64,000 nucleotides of DNA from Squalus acanthias (taxonomy: Eukaryota), in assembly GCA_030390025.1 (NCBI GenBank), contig CM059432.1, positions 35,714,001 through 35,778,000 of the forward strand. The letters run 5' to 3'. Below the pieces are notes generated by a model. It saw only the letters and a program-made list of their open reading frames with translations. It searched no databases and was not told the origin of the DNA. This document shows positions 51,605 to 64,000 of this stretch, piece by piece. The position numbers and the translations under genes were made by a program. The stretch's first letter is position 1, and every line of letters starts with the position of its first letter.

Positions 51605-53005
51605 TATTGCCCATTCCTAGTTTCCCTTGAGAGAAGTTGGTGAGCCTTCTTCTTGAACCACTGCAGTGTAGCGGTTTGATACAACTGAGTGGCTTGCTAG
51701 GCCATTTCAGAGAGCAGTTAAGAGTCAACCACGCTGGTGTGGGACTGGAGTTATATATAGGCCAAACCAGATAAGGACAGCAGGTTTCCTTCCCTAAAGG
51801 ACGTTAGGGAACTAGTTGGGGTTTTACAACAACTTGATAGCTTCATGGTCAGTTTTAACTGATTTTTAAAGAATATATTCATTTCCTCAAACTGCCATGG
51901 TGGGATTTGAACTCTCACTGTCTGGGCTATGAGTCCAGACCTCTTGGTTTGTACTAGTTATGTTACTAGTCCAGTAACATAACTATCACACCACCATACC
52001 CAGAATGAAATGGATTGGACAGTCAGAACTTTTAAGAACCAGAAAAAAGCATCACTCCCAACCAACTTGTTCATTTTTCATAGATCAACTGCCCCTCATC
52101 TGTCCTTCAAACCCTTCTCTCTTTAGAAACACATCAGATTGTCTATCGAACCCCATAAGTGTCAATGCCTTTCCCCAATAACTTATTCCATAAATCTGTA
52201 ACAATTGGAAAGGAAGAACTTGCATTTAATACCTCTCAGAAACATCCCAAAGTGCTTCACATACAATGAATTGTTTCTTTGAAGTGCAGTCACTGTTGTA
52301 ACATAGGCAAATTCAGCGCAGGTTTTCACACAGCAAGATCCCACAAACAGCAATGAGATAAACGACCAGTTAATCTGTTTTTGGAGGTATTGTTTGAGGG
52401 ATGAGTATTGGCCAGGACACCGAGAAAACTCCCTGCTGTTCTTTAAATAGTGCAAGGGGGGTCAATAATACTGACCAGAAATGGCAGATAGGGCCTTGGT
52501 TTAACACCTCATCCAAAGGATCGCACTTATGACAATGTAGCATTCCTTCAGTTGGCAGAGGAGAATGAGGCATAATAGCACTTGATGTGGTTCAGCCAGA
52601 TCGGGTAATTGGATGCTAAAATAGTTGTGCACCAGATACGTTCATGTCTGCACCCTTTGAACTTGAGAGAGCAAAGATGGGGTGTCATGGTGAATGGAGA
52701 GCCAAAGGCTAGGCAATTGGGTGTTTAAGACTGCTGCTGTAAGTGATTTGGGGAAGAGTTTTTTCCTGGGCTGAACACAGAAGCTAGTGGTGTTAGAAGG
52801 AGGAAGCGGGATGTGGATGTTGAGGGATACAAGGAAGTGGTTGGAGATGGCCTTGTCAGTCATTGAGACCATGGAAATAGAGAGGCTGAAGCCTCGTGCA
52901 GTATTAAGGGAGTGCTGCATTGTCGGAGGTGCCATTCTTCAGATGAGACATTAAACCTAGGCTCTGTCTATTCAGGTGGATGTAAAAGATCCCATGTCGC
53001 TATTT

Positions 53006-53318
53006 ACAGGGCCTGACAGGGTATATGCACGGAGGATGTTTCCCCTGGCTGGGGAGTCTAGAACCAGGGGTCACAGAATAAGGGGTTGGCCATTTAGGAC
53101 TGAGATGAGGAGAAATTTCTTCACTCGGAGGGTGGTGAATCTTTGGAATTCTCTACCCCAGAGGGCTGTGGAGGCTCAGTCGTTGAGTATTTTCAAGACC
53201 GAGATCGATAGATTTTTGGATATTAAGGGAATCAAGGGATATGGAGATAGTGCAGGAAAGTGGAGATGAGGTAGAAGATCAGCCATTATTGAATGGCGGA
53301 GCAGGCTCGAGGGGCTTA
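53006..53318 (+). mobile_element. CR1 3' fragment inserted in a Deu-SINE
   Basis: RMFPLAGESRTRGH...WNSLPQRAVEA; SINE halves at 52895-53005 and 53320-53500. Confidence 0.8.
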
Positions 53319-53664
53319 AAGAGTTCTCCTGGTGTCCTGGCCAACATGCCTCCCCCAATCAACACCACCAAGCACAAGTGGTCGTTCATCTCATTGCTGT
53401 TTGTGAGACCTTGCTGTGCGTTAAATTGGCTGCCACATTCACCTCCAAAGAATGGTGACTACACTTCAGAAGTAATTTATTCGCTGTGAATGGCTTTGGT
53501 GGGGGGGGGGGGGCCTCGTGCTAAATATATGAAAGTTATTTATGAAAGCAGTGCACCCTTGCATTTGATTTTTTTTTTAAAGAAGCTTGGTGTAATTTTA
53601 TTCATCATCAGCAGCTCCTGTTCTAAATGCTGAAGGAAGGGTTTTAACTTAAGTTGGAATTGTT

Positions 53665-54072
53665 CTCCTCAGAGCAGAGAAGGTTAAGGGGAAATTCAAT
53701 AGAGGTAGTCAAAATTATGAGGGATTTCGATGGAGTAAATGAGGAGAAACTGTTTTCACTTGCAGATGGGTCGTTAACCAAAGGACACAGATTTAAAATA
53801 ATTGGCAAAAGATGAGGAGGAGAAGGGGAAAATTAAGAGAATTTTTTTTACGGAACGAGTTGTTATGATCTGGAATGCACTGCCTGAAAGTATGGTGGAA
53901 GCAGATTCAAAGCAACTTTCAAAAGGGAATCGGATATATACTTGAAAAGGAAAGATTTTCAGGACTATGGGGAAAAAGCAGGGGATTGGGATTAATTCGA
54001 TAGCTCTTCAAAGAACCGGCACAGGCATGATGGTTCGAATGGCCTCCTTCTGTGCTCTAAGATTCTATGATT
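53665..54072 (+). mobile_element. CR1 3' fragment
   Basis: Degenerate ORF2 C-terminus and (attctatg) tail. Confidence 0.75.
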
Positions 54073-54685
54073 CGGCAATGAGACTGGCAGACGGCACGAG
54101 GTGGGAGTGTTGGCAGCTGCTTCACTGCAAACTCACTTTCAGAGTAATCCAACAGTGGGTGAATTCAAAATTAAAATATCTAAAATAAATTGAAGGAAGC
54201 AGGACAGAAGTGTGAGAGAGACACTGAAAGAACTTCCACAGGTCAAGTCTGTACCAAAGCAGGCCACCACCATCTAGTGGTAGGATGGAGTACCTCAAGT
54301 CGGGTCCACTTAACATAGAGCTGAAATTCTGGGGTGAATTTCCGAGGGAGCATTGTTCGGTGGGCAATCTGAACGCACAAAAATCGCAACATCAGGAGCG
54401 CGCTGCCCACAATTTTCCAGCACGCTCTGACGGCAGCCAAGGATGCCCACTAGCAGAGCCAGATTGGAAAATGACACCCTCGTTTTGAACTCCAAAATAA
54501 ACTCACCAAAAAAATAAAGTAGTGCCTCACTGTATTTATATAACATTGTAAACAGTTAATCCTTGCTTTATGTATAATTCATCATGTGTGTTGTGCAATC
54601 CTTATTTTGGCTTCACCATTCTGTGACACACGGGCATGCTATGAGCTGTGCACTTCTACTACTAGGTGTAGCTTCATAATCTCCA

Positions 54686-57322
54686 GGGGCTAAAAATTCG
54701 ATTGCATAGTTATTTGGGCGCTACGGGTGCCGTTTTGGGTCAAAAATGGCATTTGAGCCACGCGTGCACACTTATGGTGTAGGCCGTGCCAGTTGCCATC
54801 TTGGTGAGGATGTTAGCATCGGCGTTGCAAGCGTGCACCAGAAGTATGTAGAGTAGGTAGATCGTGATGTCAATCAATGCGCAGCCATTTTCGTCTTCAA
54901 CACAGGAACTAAAGCCCTATGTTAACCTCGCACAGCTGAACATGCATTCAGCAGCTGCAAGGATCCCCTACCAGCGATATTTAAAGGGATCATCAACCAC
55001 ACTCAGGTGAGTTGCTGATTAATTTCTACTGACTCTGTAAGTTTGTGGAAGTGTTTGGAGCTTTCTAGAAGTGTGTAAAGTTGGTGAGGTGATGGAGTGG
55101 TGCTGCAAGTGGAGAAGGCTTTGGGCTGGATTTTCAATGACCCGTGGAGCCGGGTTTGGAGGCGTGTGGGGGGTTAAAGTTGCAGATTCGGGGGTCCCGA
55201 CTCCATTCCGCCTCCACACAATTTTGACAAAATCGGTCGCAGGGGTTCCCGACTCCGTCCCGCCTCCAAGAGGCGGGAGAGGCCATTAAAGCCCTTAACA
55301 AGCCCTAAATTGGCTCTGTAATGCCATTTTGAAACGTTTTAGCTAGTTTAACCCTTTTCCGACGTGAAGTACGCCTGATGTGAAACACGCCAGTGAAACC
55401 TGGCGGGAGCACAAGTGGATAGCTGACTATCAGCTGCAGGTCCACTATTAGAACGGAGATGTGATGAAGGTAGTAGTAGTATTAGGTCTGAAAGTCGCCT
55501 CTGATGCTGCTGCATTGAATGTCTTCAGAGACTGCATGGGAGCACTTGGTTGCAAAAAAAAGTCTGTCTGTCTGTGTCTCTCTGTGTCTCTCTGTCTGTG
55601 TCTGTCTCTCTGAGATGCTGCTCATTTTGCATCCAGGTCCTCTCACAGCAAAGGCCAGGCAATCTCTGAGACCAGGCAGTCTCTGACCTGCAATGATGAC
55701 ATCATCAGAGGCGACTTTCAGACTGAAACCACTAATTGGTTCATGGGTTCCCACATGCTGGAACTCAATTGCCCAATTAAGTGAAAATTGCATCAATCTC
55801 CCACATCCAATTGCAGGCGGGTGGATAACACGAAATGCGGATGACACGACCCCAACCCGACCCCAAGACAAAATCCAGCCCTATGGTTCTGACTTCAAGG
55901 GTTCTGGTCAGACCACTTGCTCCTAGTCAAGGTGCTCTAGCTGTCATCCCCCTTAGCCTGCAACATGACAAGGAGATTGAGCAAAGGCAGCGAAGAAGAG
56001 GACAAGCTGCTCGCAGAGGGAGGGGGAGAAGGGCTCTCATCAGGAGGCCTTACCCCCCCCCCTGTGGTTTTCCAAGAGCAATTCTCTTACTTCAACCTGA
56101 GCCAGGAGCAGTGTATGAGGCGTCTGTGTTTTATGAAGGAGGTGCTCACAGAACTCTGTCACTTCTTGCAACCAGACCTGCAGCCTTCCACCAGGGCAAG
56201 GACAGCGCTGCCAGTGGCTGTTAAGGTGACCGTGGCCCTGAATTTCTTGGCGTCGGGATCTTTCCAGGCTGGAGCAGGCAACATCTGTAACATCTCCCAG
56301 TTCGCCAACCGCTGCTGCATAAGAGAGGTGACAGACGCTCTTTATGCCAGGAGAGGGGAGTTCATTGCCTTCTCTATGACCAGCGAGAAGCAGGCAGAGC
56401 GTGCATGTGGTTTTGCCAAGGTAGTGGGCTTTCCCCATGGTGCAGGGCGCCTTTGCATGCACATGGCTTTACATCTAAATGCTGAGATGTACCTCAACCG
56501 CAAAGGTTATCGCTCGCTGAATGTCCAGTTGGTGTGCGACCATGCTCCGCACATCATGATGGTGAATGCCCGGTATCCTGGCAGAACATAAGAACATAAG
56601 AAATAGGAGTAGGAGTAGGCCATTCGGCCCTCGAGCCTGCTCCACCATTCAATAAGATCATGGCTGATCTGATCTCGGCCTCAACTGCACTTCCCTGCAG
56701 TCATGATGCTTTTATTCTGCACCAGTTCGCTGTTCCCTCAGTCTTTGAACCACCAAGACAAACCAAAGGGTGGCTACTGGGCAAAAAGGGCTATCCGCTG
56801 ACTACGTGTCTCATGATTCCGCTCTGCAACCCAACCACACATGGGCAGCATGCGTACAATGAGAGCCATGCTGCGACACAAAATCTGGCATCCTTAAACA
56901 ATGCTTATGCTGCCTGGACCGCTCTGGAGGAGCCTTGCAGTACTTCCCAAAGCGCGTCCCAATGCTGCATGCTCCACAACCTCGCCATCATGAGGGCACA
57001 GCACTTTCCACCAGGCATACTGCGACCAGCTGAAAGATGAGGACGCGGAAGGGAGGAAGCAACCCAGACAGCCCCACTGTGCCCGGGCTGTCCGTGATCG
57101 GCTCATCGACTGCGGTACAAATGAACGCAGCCCCAATTCCCCATTCAACAATACTCCTACACCTTACCTTCCCTCTGTTACTGACCATCACAGCGTCCTC
57201 TTAGCTTGCATGACAGAAGTCTGAGCTTCCACTGCAGCACTCGGACGTTGGGTGGCTTGTGCTTGTGCTCCAATGGAAGCGATCCCCGTGCCCATTTTCG
57301 GGGGCAAACTAATTTCTATGCC
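54686..57322 (+). mobile_element. Degenerate Harbinger transposon with transposase remnants (55965-57040)
   Basis: [47 protein letters not shown] fragments; ends ggggctaaaaatt / aatttctatgcc; CR1 3' tail inserted at ~56586-56695. Confidence 0.8.
55123..55881. mobile_element. Harbinger MITE nested in the degenerate Harbinger
   Basis: Perfect 12-bp TIR gggctggatttt / aaaatccagccc, identical to the right end of element 10681-14887; flanks TTT/TAT. Confidence 0.8.
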
Positions 57323-58313
57323 TAGATCTTTATACCTGTGCAAGTACCTAAAGCTTCAGCGTCCATAGTTGCCAATCCACGGGATTGCTCTGAGTCTCCT
57401 AGAATTAAAGATTAATATTCCGAGAGCAGCCCAGGAGAAAAAACTCAGTGTGCACATTTTCTTCTCCTGTTTCGCTCCAGCTGGACTCTCAAACAACAGG
57501 GATGTAACACGCCTAGGATGCAATGTGCCCCTGTCCTCCTGCGCGCTCGAACCTGTAAAAGCACATGATGGATCGAGCGATTTCCAGCACGCAGAGGATT
57601 CTGGGTATTGAAGCAGCCAATGGGCCAATTGCCGCGAGGTTTCATGTGTCGGGAAACCAATGGTGGGGGCAGGGTTATTATAAGCGGGACGTCGCATGAT
57701 GAAACCTCCCAGAATATGGTCCAACCAGAGCTGGCAATTCGAACAGCATGCTCTCTGAGGAAAATTCACTTCATCCTGACTCTCCACAGGCAATGCAATG
57801 GGAGATCAATAGTATGTTATGTGATTGATTGACTTTAGCATAGAGTAAACACTGTACACAATTTGGAACATATAATCTGTACATTATAGGCTGGAAATCA
57901 TTAAAAACATTAAAAACAGGTACCTAGTAAGTAGGATCACCTGTGCATAGATTGCACTCTATTCCTACATACGAACAATGACGGACAGGTAAAGACCCTC
58001 TGGTCCGTCAAGCCTGTCCCACACAATTGCGATACCTTGTGTATCACAACATATACACTCCACCCCACCCGAAGCCATGTGATCTCCTGGGAGAGGCAAA
58101 AAAACAAATAAAAAACCCAGGCCAATTTGAAAGAGAAAAACTGGGAAATTCCTCTCTGACCCATCTAGGCGATCGAAACTAGTCCAGGAGATCTAGACAG
58201 GGTATTGTACCCCTGTATTTATAACAGCTCAGTTGGCTTGCCTTGCCCTGTAATCCATCTCTGCATCTTGTTGACAGTGCACTGACTGAGTTTGCGATTG
58301 TTTCATGTTATAG

Positions 58314-58397
58314 GGTGAAACCAACCGAATTATTGCATCCCACACAATGAATAAGAACTCTTCCAGGTCTCACTGCATCTTCACAGTGTACGTCGAG
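58314..58397 (+). CDS. KIF9: KIF9 coding exon 5 (switch I)
   Basis: ttatag| acceptor; GETNRIIASHTMNKNSSRSHCIFTVYVE (NxxSSRSH); |gtaagc donor. Confidence 0.95.
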
Positions 58398-59388
58398 GTA
58401 AGCTCAGTTTTGATCTCTTTGGCTTGCAGTCCTCTGAGCCATTCCTTCATACAGGAATAGATTCTTGTTACTTATGGACCAATCTCACAGGCTACCAGAA
58501 CAAATCCCAAATGTTAGTGATTTATTTAAATTCTGTACATTCCAGAACTTGAGCCAACAGGATAAATGTGAAAGCTGGTGTGGTGCGAAGTTACAGTTTG
58601 TGTTTTAAAGCAAAGTGTATTCACACAAGTTTTGTTTTGAAGTGGTAGAAATGCTAATGAGCTAGGATTCCCATACTGGGTAAATAATTTTTTTTTAATT
58701 GTTGGCCTGCCTCAGGAATCGATAAATACCTTACACCCATTGTGTTGGGATGACCCGGTGCCAGGTGCTCAGAAGTTGTCTGGTGTAGGCCTTCCTTTCA
58801 GGTTGTGAACACAGGAAGATAAAAGACCGAGGGCAAGCTTTCACCAGGCTCATAGGTTTGACATGCAGTATAGTAGTCAGAAGTATTTTATTTAAGCCAA
58901 GTACGATGACCCACTGATATGGGGAAGCGTAGCATTTTCATTATTCTTGAATTAAGTGAGTTCAGTCATAGCTGTTGCTCTGTATGTTCACTTGTTGTGG
59001 TATAAAGCAGTTTAACGATATGTATCTGGCCTCTTCTTAACAGATGTTTTCTCAATCCACCTTTGAGAAGATTGCAGAGGCACACGTACAAAAGACATGA
59101 ATATCCAGTTCAGGTCATAAGGGTACTATTATTACACCCCTGGATTATGCTATCACATAAGTAGATATTGGGCAGTGTGAGTCTGGGGCATGGGATCACC
59201 TACTGATTATCACTGCCAACTGAACCATCGGGGGAACTGACGAATAGTTTAACGTCCCTTCACCTACCCAAAACGTTAACCTTTCTCTTTCAGTTGCTGA
59301 TTGACCTACTGACCATTTCCAGCAGTTTCTGTTTTTAAGAAAAGCCTCATTATGTGGATATACTTTAATTCTCCTCCTTTGTTTGCAG

Positions 59389-59481
59389 ACTCGATGGAAG
59401 GAGACTTCAGAAGTCAAGTACTTGTCCTCAAAGCTCAACATGGTGGATCTCGCCGGTTCTGAGCGCCTGGGAAAGACTGGA
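59389..59481 (+). CDS. KIF9: KIF9 coding exon 6 (switch II); gene continues beyond the window
   Basis: gtttgcag| acceptor; TRWKETSEVKYLSSKLNMVDLAGSERLGKTG (DLAGSE); |gtgagt donor. Confidence 0.95.
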
Positions 59482-59584
59482 GTGAGTGACAATCAAAATG
59501 TGTTATTTCGCTGGTTATTGTGTCAGTTTGGCTCAGTTGGTAGTTCTCCAGGTCAGATAGTTGTGGACTTGCGGCCCACACGAT

Positions 59585-60043
59585 GAGACAGGACTGGTCA
59601 TGTGGGCAGAAAAATGTCAAATGGAATTCAACCCGGAGAAGTGTGAGGTATTGCATTTGGAGAGGGCTAATAAGGCAAGGTTTGGGGAGGGCTAATAAGG
59701 CAAGGGAATACACAGTAAATGGTAGGATACTGAGAAGTGTAGAAGAACAGAGGAACCTTGGAGTGCATGTCCACAGATCCCTGAAGGTAGCAGGACAGGT
59801 AGATGGTTAAGAAGGCATACGGGATACTTTCCTTTATTAGCCGAAGCATAGAATATAAGAGCAGGGAGGTTATGCTAGAACTGTATAAAACACTAGTTAG
59901 CAGCTAGAGTACTGTGTACAGTTCTGGTCACCACATTATAGGAACGATGTGATGGCACTAGAGAGGGTACAGAGGAAACTTACGAGGATGTTGCCAGGAC
60001 TGGAGAATTTTAGCTATGAGGAAAGATTGGATAGGTTGGGGTT
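59585..60043 (+). mobile_element. CR1 RT fragment, interrupted by the young minus-strand CR1
   Basis: QRNLGVHVHRSLKVAGQVD and LEYCVQFWSPHY-like sequence. Confidence 0.8.
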
Positions 60044-63000
60044 AGAGTCATAGAGTCATACAGCACGGATAGAGGCCCTTCGGCCCATCGTGTCCGCGCC
60101 GGCCATCAAGCCCTGTCTAATCTAATCCCATATTCCAGCATTTGGTCCGTAGCCTTGTATGCTATGGCATTTCAAGTGCTCATCCAAATGCTTCTTGAAT
60201 GTTGTGAGGGTTCCTGCCTCCACAACCCTTTCAAGCAGTGAGTTCCAGACTCCAACCACCCTCTGGGTGAAAAAGTTCTTTCTCAAATCCCTTCTAAACC
60301 TCCCGCCCTTTACCTTGAATCTATGCCCCCTTGTTATAGACCCCTCTACTAAGGGAAAAAGCTCCTTAGTATCCATCCTATCTATGCCCCTCATGATTTT
60401 GTACACCTCAATCATGTCCCCCCTCAGCCTCCTCTGCTCCAAGGAAAACAAACCCAATCTGCCCAGTCTCTCTTCATAGCTGAAGCACTCCAGCCCGGGT
60501 AACATTCTGGTGAATCTCCTCTGCACCCTCTCCAAAGCGATCACATCCTTCCTGTAGTGTGGCGACCAGAACTGCACACAGTATTCCAGATGTGGCCTAA
60601 CCAGTGTTTTATACAGCTCCATCATAACCTCCTTGCTCTTGCATTCATTAGCCGAGGCATAGAATATAAGTATCCCATATGCCTTTTTTACCACCTTATC
60701 CACCTGTTCCGCCGCCTTCAGGGATCTGTGTACTTGCACACCAAGATCCCTCTGACCCTCCGTCTTGCCTAGGGTCTTACCATTCATTGTATATTCCCTT
60801 GCCTTGTTAGTCCCTACAAAGTGCATCACCTCGCACTTTTCCGGATTAAATTCCATTTGCCACTGTTCCGCCCATCTGACCAACCCATCTATATCATCCT
60901 GCAGACTGAGGTTACCCTCCTCGCTATTTACCACCCTACCAATTTTTGTATCATCCGCGAACTTACTGATCATACCTTTTACATTCATATCCAAGTCGTT
61001 AATGTAGACCACAAACAGCAAGGGACCCAGCACTGATCCCTGTGGTACCCCACTGGCCACAGGCTTCCAGTCACAAAAACAACCTTCGACCATCACCCTC
61101 TGCCTTCTGCCACTGAGCCAGTTTTGTATCCAATGTGCCAAGGCACCCTGGATTCCATGGGCTCTTACCTTCTTGACCAGTCTCCTGTGCGGGACTTTAT
61201 CGAAGGCCTTACTGAAATCCATGTATACCACATCCACTGCGTTACCCTCATCCACACACCTAGTCACCCCCTCAAAAAATTCAATCAAATTAGTCAGACA
61301 TGATCTTCCCTTGACAAAGCCATGTTGGCTAACCCTGATTAATCCTTGCCTCTCCAAGTGGAGACTGATTTTGTCCCTCAGAATTTTTTCCAATAATTTT
61401 CCTGCCACTGATGTTAGGCTCACTGGCCTGTAGTTCCCCGGTTTTTCCCTACTCCCTTTCTTGAATAATGGTACTACATTAGCGGTACTCCAGTCCTCTG
61501 GCACATCCCCTGTGGCCAGAGAGGTTCTGAATATATGTGTTAGAGCCCCCGCAATCTCCTCCTTTGCCTCACACAGCAGCCTGGGATACATTTCGTCCGG
61601 ACCTGGGGATTTATCCATTTTCAGACCTGCTAAAACCGCCAATACCTCCTCCCTCTCGATGTTAAAATGTTCGAGTATATCACAGTCCCCCTGCCCTAAT
61701 TTTATGTCTGCATCGTCCTTCTCCATAGTGAAAATAGATGCAAAAAATTCATTTAGAACCCCACCTACATCTTCCGGCTCCACACACAGATTGCCACTTT
61801 TGTCCCTAATGGGCCCTATTTTTTCCCTAGTTATCCTCTTACCCTTAATATACTTATAAAACATCTTAGGATTTTCCTTTATTTTGCTCGCCCCTCTTTG
61901 ATCTCCTAATTTCTTTTTTAAGTATCCCCCTGCACTTTTTGTACTCCTCTAGTGCTTCCTCCTTCTTTAGCATTTTGTATCTGCCAAAAGCCCTCCTTTT
62001 TTTCCTGATCCATTCTCATATATCCCCTGACATCCAAGGTTCCCTGCGGTTTTTGGAACCACCCTTGACCTTTACGGGAACATGCTGCCATTGTATGATC
62101 ACAATCTCCCTTCTGAAAGAATCCCATTGCTCCGATGCGGATTTTCCTACAAGCAGCTGATCCCAGTCCATTTTGGCCAGATCCTGCCTTATCCTATTAA
62201 AATCGGCCTTCCCCCAATTTAGAACCTTTATTTCCGGCCCATCCCTGTCCTTTTCCATGACCACCTTAAATCTCACCGTATTATGGTCACTGTCACCAAA
62301 GTGCTCACCTACTAGCACTTCTTCCACTTGGCCGGCCACATTCCCTAGAATTAGGTCCAGTACCACCCCCTCTCTTGTAGGACTTTCTACATGCTGGCTC
62401 AAAAAGCTCTCCTGGATGCACTTTAAGAATTCCGCACCCTCTAAGCCTTTCACACTCTGACTATCCCAGTTAATATTGGGGAAGTTGAAATCCCCCATTA
62501 TTATTACCCTATTATTTGCACATTTCTCTGAGATTTGCCTACATATCTGTTCCTCTATCTCCCCCTGACTGTTTGGGGGCCTATAGTACGCTCCCAGCAA
62601 AGTGCTTGCCCCCTTTTTGTTTTTAACCTCCACCCATATAGCCTCATTGGAGGAACCTGCTAATATATCATCCCTCCTTATGGCAGTAATTGATTCGTTA
62701 ATTAATATTGCGACACCCCCTCCTCTTATACCTCCCCCTCTGTCTCGCCTCAAGATTCTGTACCCCGGAATATTGAGCTGCCAGTCTTGCCCCTCCCTCA
62801 ACCATGTCTCCGTGATAGCAACAATATCATACTCCCATGTGTTTATCAACACCTTCAGTTCATCCACCTTATTCGCTAGACTCCTTGCATTAAAATAGAT
62901 GCCTTCCAGCCTTGCTCTTACATGTTTGCCCTGTCTTCCAAGCGGACTTGTTTTTTTCTCTATATTTGACTGTACATCACCCCCTATTGTAGCTCCACTC

Positions 63001-64000
63001 TGAATCCCATCCCCCTGCCAAGTTAGTTTAAACCCCCTCCCAACAGTGCTAGCAAACCTCCCCGCAAGGATATTTGTCTCGCTCTGGTTCAGGTGCAAAC
63101 CGTCCGACTTGTACAAGTCCCACCTTCCCCAGAAGCAGGCCCAGTGATCCAGGAAACTAAAACCCTCCCTCCTGCACCAACTCTTTAGCCACGCATTCAT
63201 CTGTTCTATCCTCCTATTCCTATACTCACTAGCACGTGGCACTGGGAGTAATCCAGAGATTACAACCTTTGAGGTCCTGCTCTTTAATCTGCTGCCTAGC
63301 TCCCTAAATTCTTGATGCAGGACCTCATCCCCCTTCCTACCTATGTCGTTGGTCCCAATGTGAACCACGACCTCTGCCTGCTCACCCTCCCCCTTAAGAA
63401 TGCCCTGTAGCCGCTCAGTGACATCCATGACCCTGGCCCCAGGGAGGCAACAAACCATCCTGGAGTCACTTTTACGGCCACAGAAACGCCTATCTGTTCC
63501 CCTTACGATAGAATCCCCTACCACTATTGCTCTCCCACTCTTTTTCCTCCCTTTCTGAGCAGCAGAAGCAACCCTGGTGCCAGGAAGTTGGCTGCTGCCG
63601 CTCTCCCCTGGTGAGTCATCCCCCTCAACAGTATCCAAATCGGTATACCTGTTTGAAAGGGGGATGACCGCAGGGGTTCCCTGTACTCCCTGCCTGCCTC
63701 TGCTGCTCCGCCTGATGGTCACCCATTTCCCTTCTGCCTGTGCAGCCCTACCCTGCGGCGTGACCAACTCGTTAAACGTGCTATCCACGACCCTCTCAGC
63801 ATCGCGTATGCTCCAAAACTCATCCACCCGCAGCTCAAGCGCCGCAATGCGGTCTACAAGTAGCTGCAACTCGATGCATTTCTCGCACACGTGGTCCCCA
63901 GGGACACTGGCAGCGTCCCTGAATTCCCACATGGAGCAAGAGGAGCATAACACGGGGCTGATCTCACCTGTCATGACCTACTCCCTTAATTAAATTTAAA
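60044..64000 (-). mobile_element. Young near-full-length CR1 (zinc finger/leucine zipper/esterase ORF1, APE-RT ORF2)
   Basis: ORF 62016-63974 (CxxC...CxxC, GDSIVRG, HIGTND, then the endonuclease in the same frame); 580-aa RT ORF 60122-61864; (tatgactc)n tail at ~60044-60060. Confidence 0.95.

Noticed and set aside
57695..57760. ATGATGA ... CTGA resembling a C/D box snoRNA
   Set aside because: No terminal stem, no convincing C'/D' boxes and no rRNA-complementary guide that I could recognise

Overview
Vertebrate genomic DNA, most likely an elasmobranch (shark/ray), judged from its repeats: Deu-domain SINEs, an HE1-like V-SINE fragment and dense CR1 LINEs. Two host genes lie on the + strand. 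The first is the last six coding exons of NBEAL2 (WD40 C-terminus, stop at 18696-18698). The second is the 5' part of KIF9: a CpG-rich promoter at ~26.6-26.9 kb with RFX X-box-like motifs and six motor-domain coding exons from 39734 to 59481. The rest is largely nested transposons: CR1 copies (two young and nearly full length), a Harbinger with an intact transposase ORF, a degenerate Harbinger plus MITEs, a hAT element with TIRs and 8-bp TSD, a solo LTR and SINEs. Most notable: (1) a -1 frameshift slippery heptamer (U_UUA_AAC/A) at the ORF1 stop of three divergent CR1 copies, opening directly into ORF2; (2) a short TSD-flanked repeat carrying a minimal hammerhead-ribozyme motif; (3) an inverted CR1 pair sharing private mutations around the KIF9 P-loop exon; (4) a ~170-bp inverted duplication downstream of the NBEAL2 stop; (5) NBEAL2-KIF9 adjacency that differs from the human gene order. 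All calls were made by eye, and repeat boundaries without TSDs are approximate.
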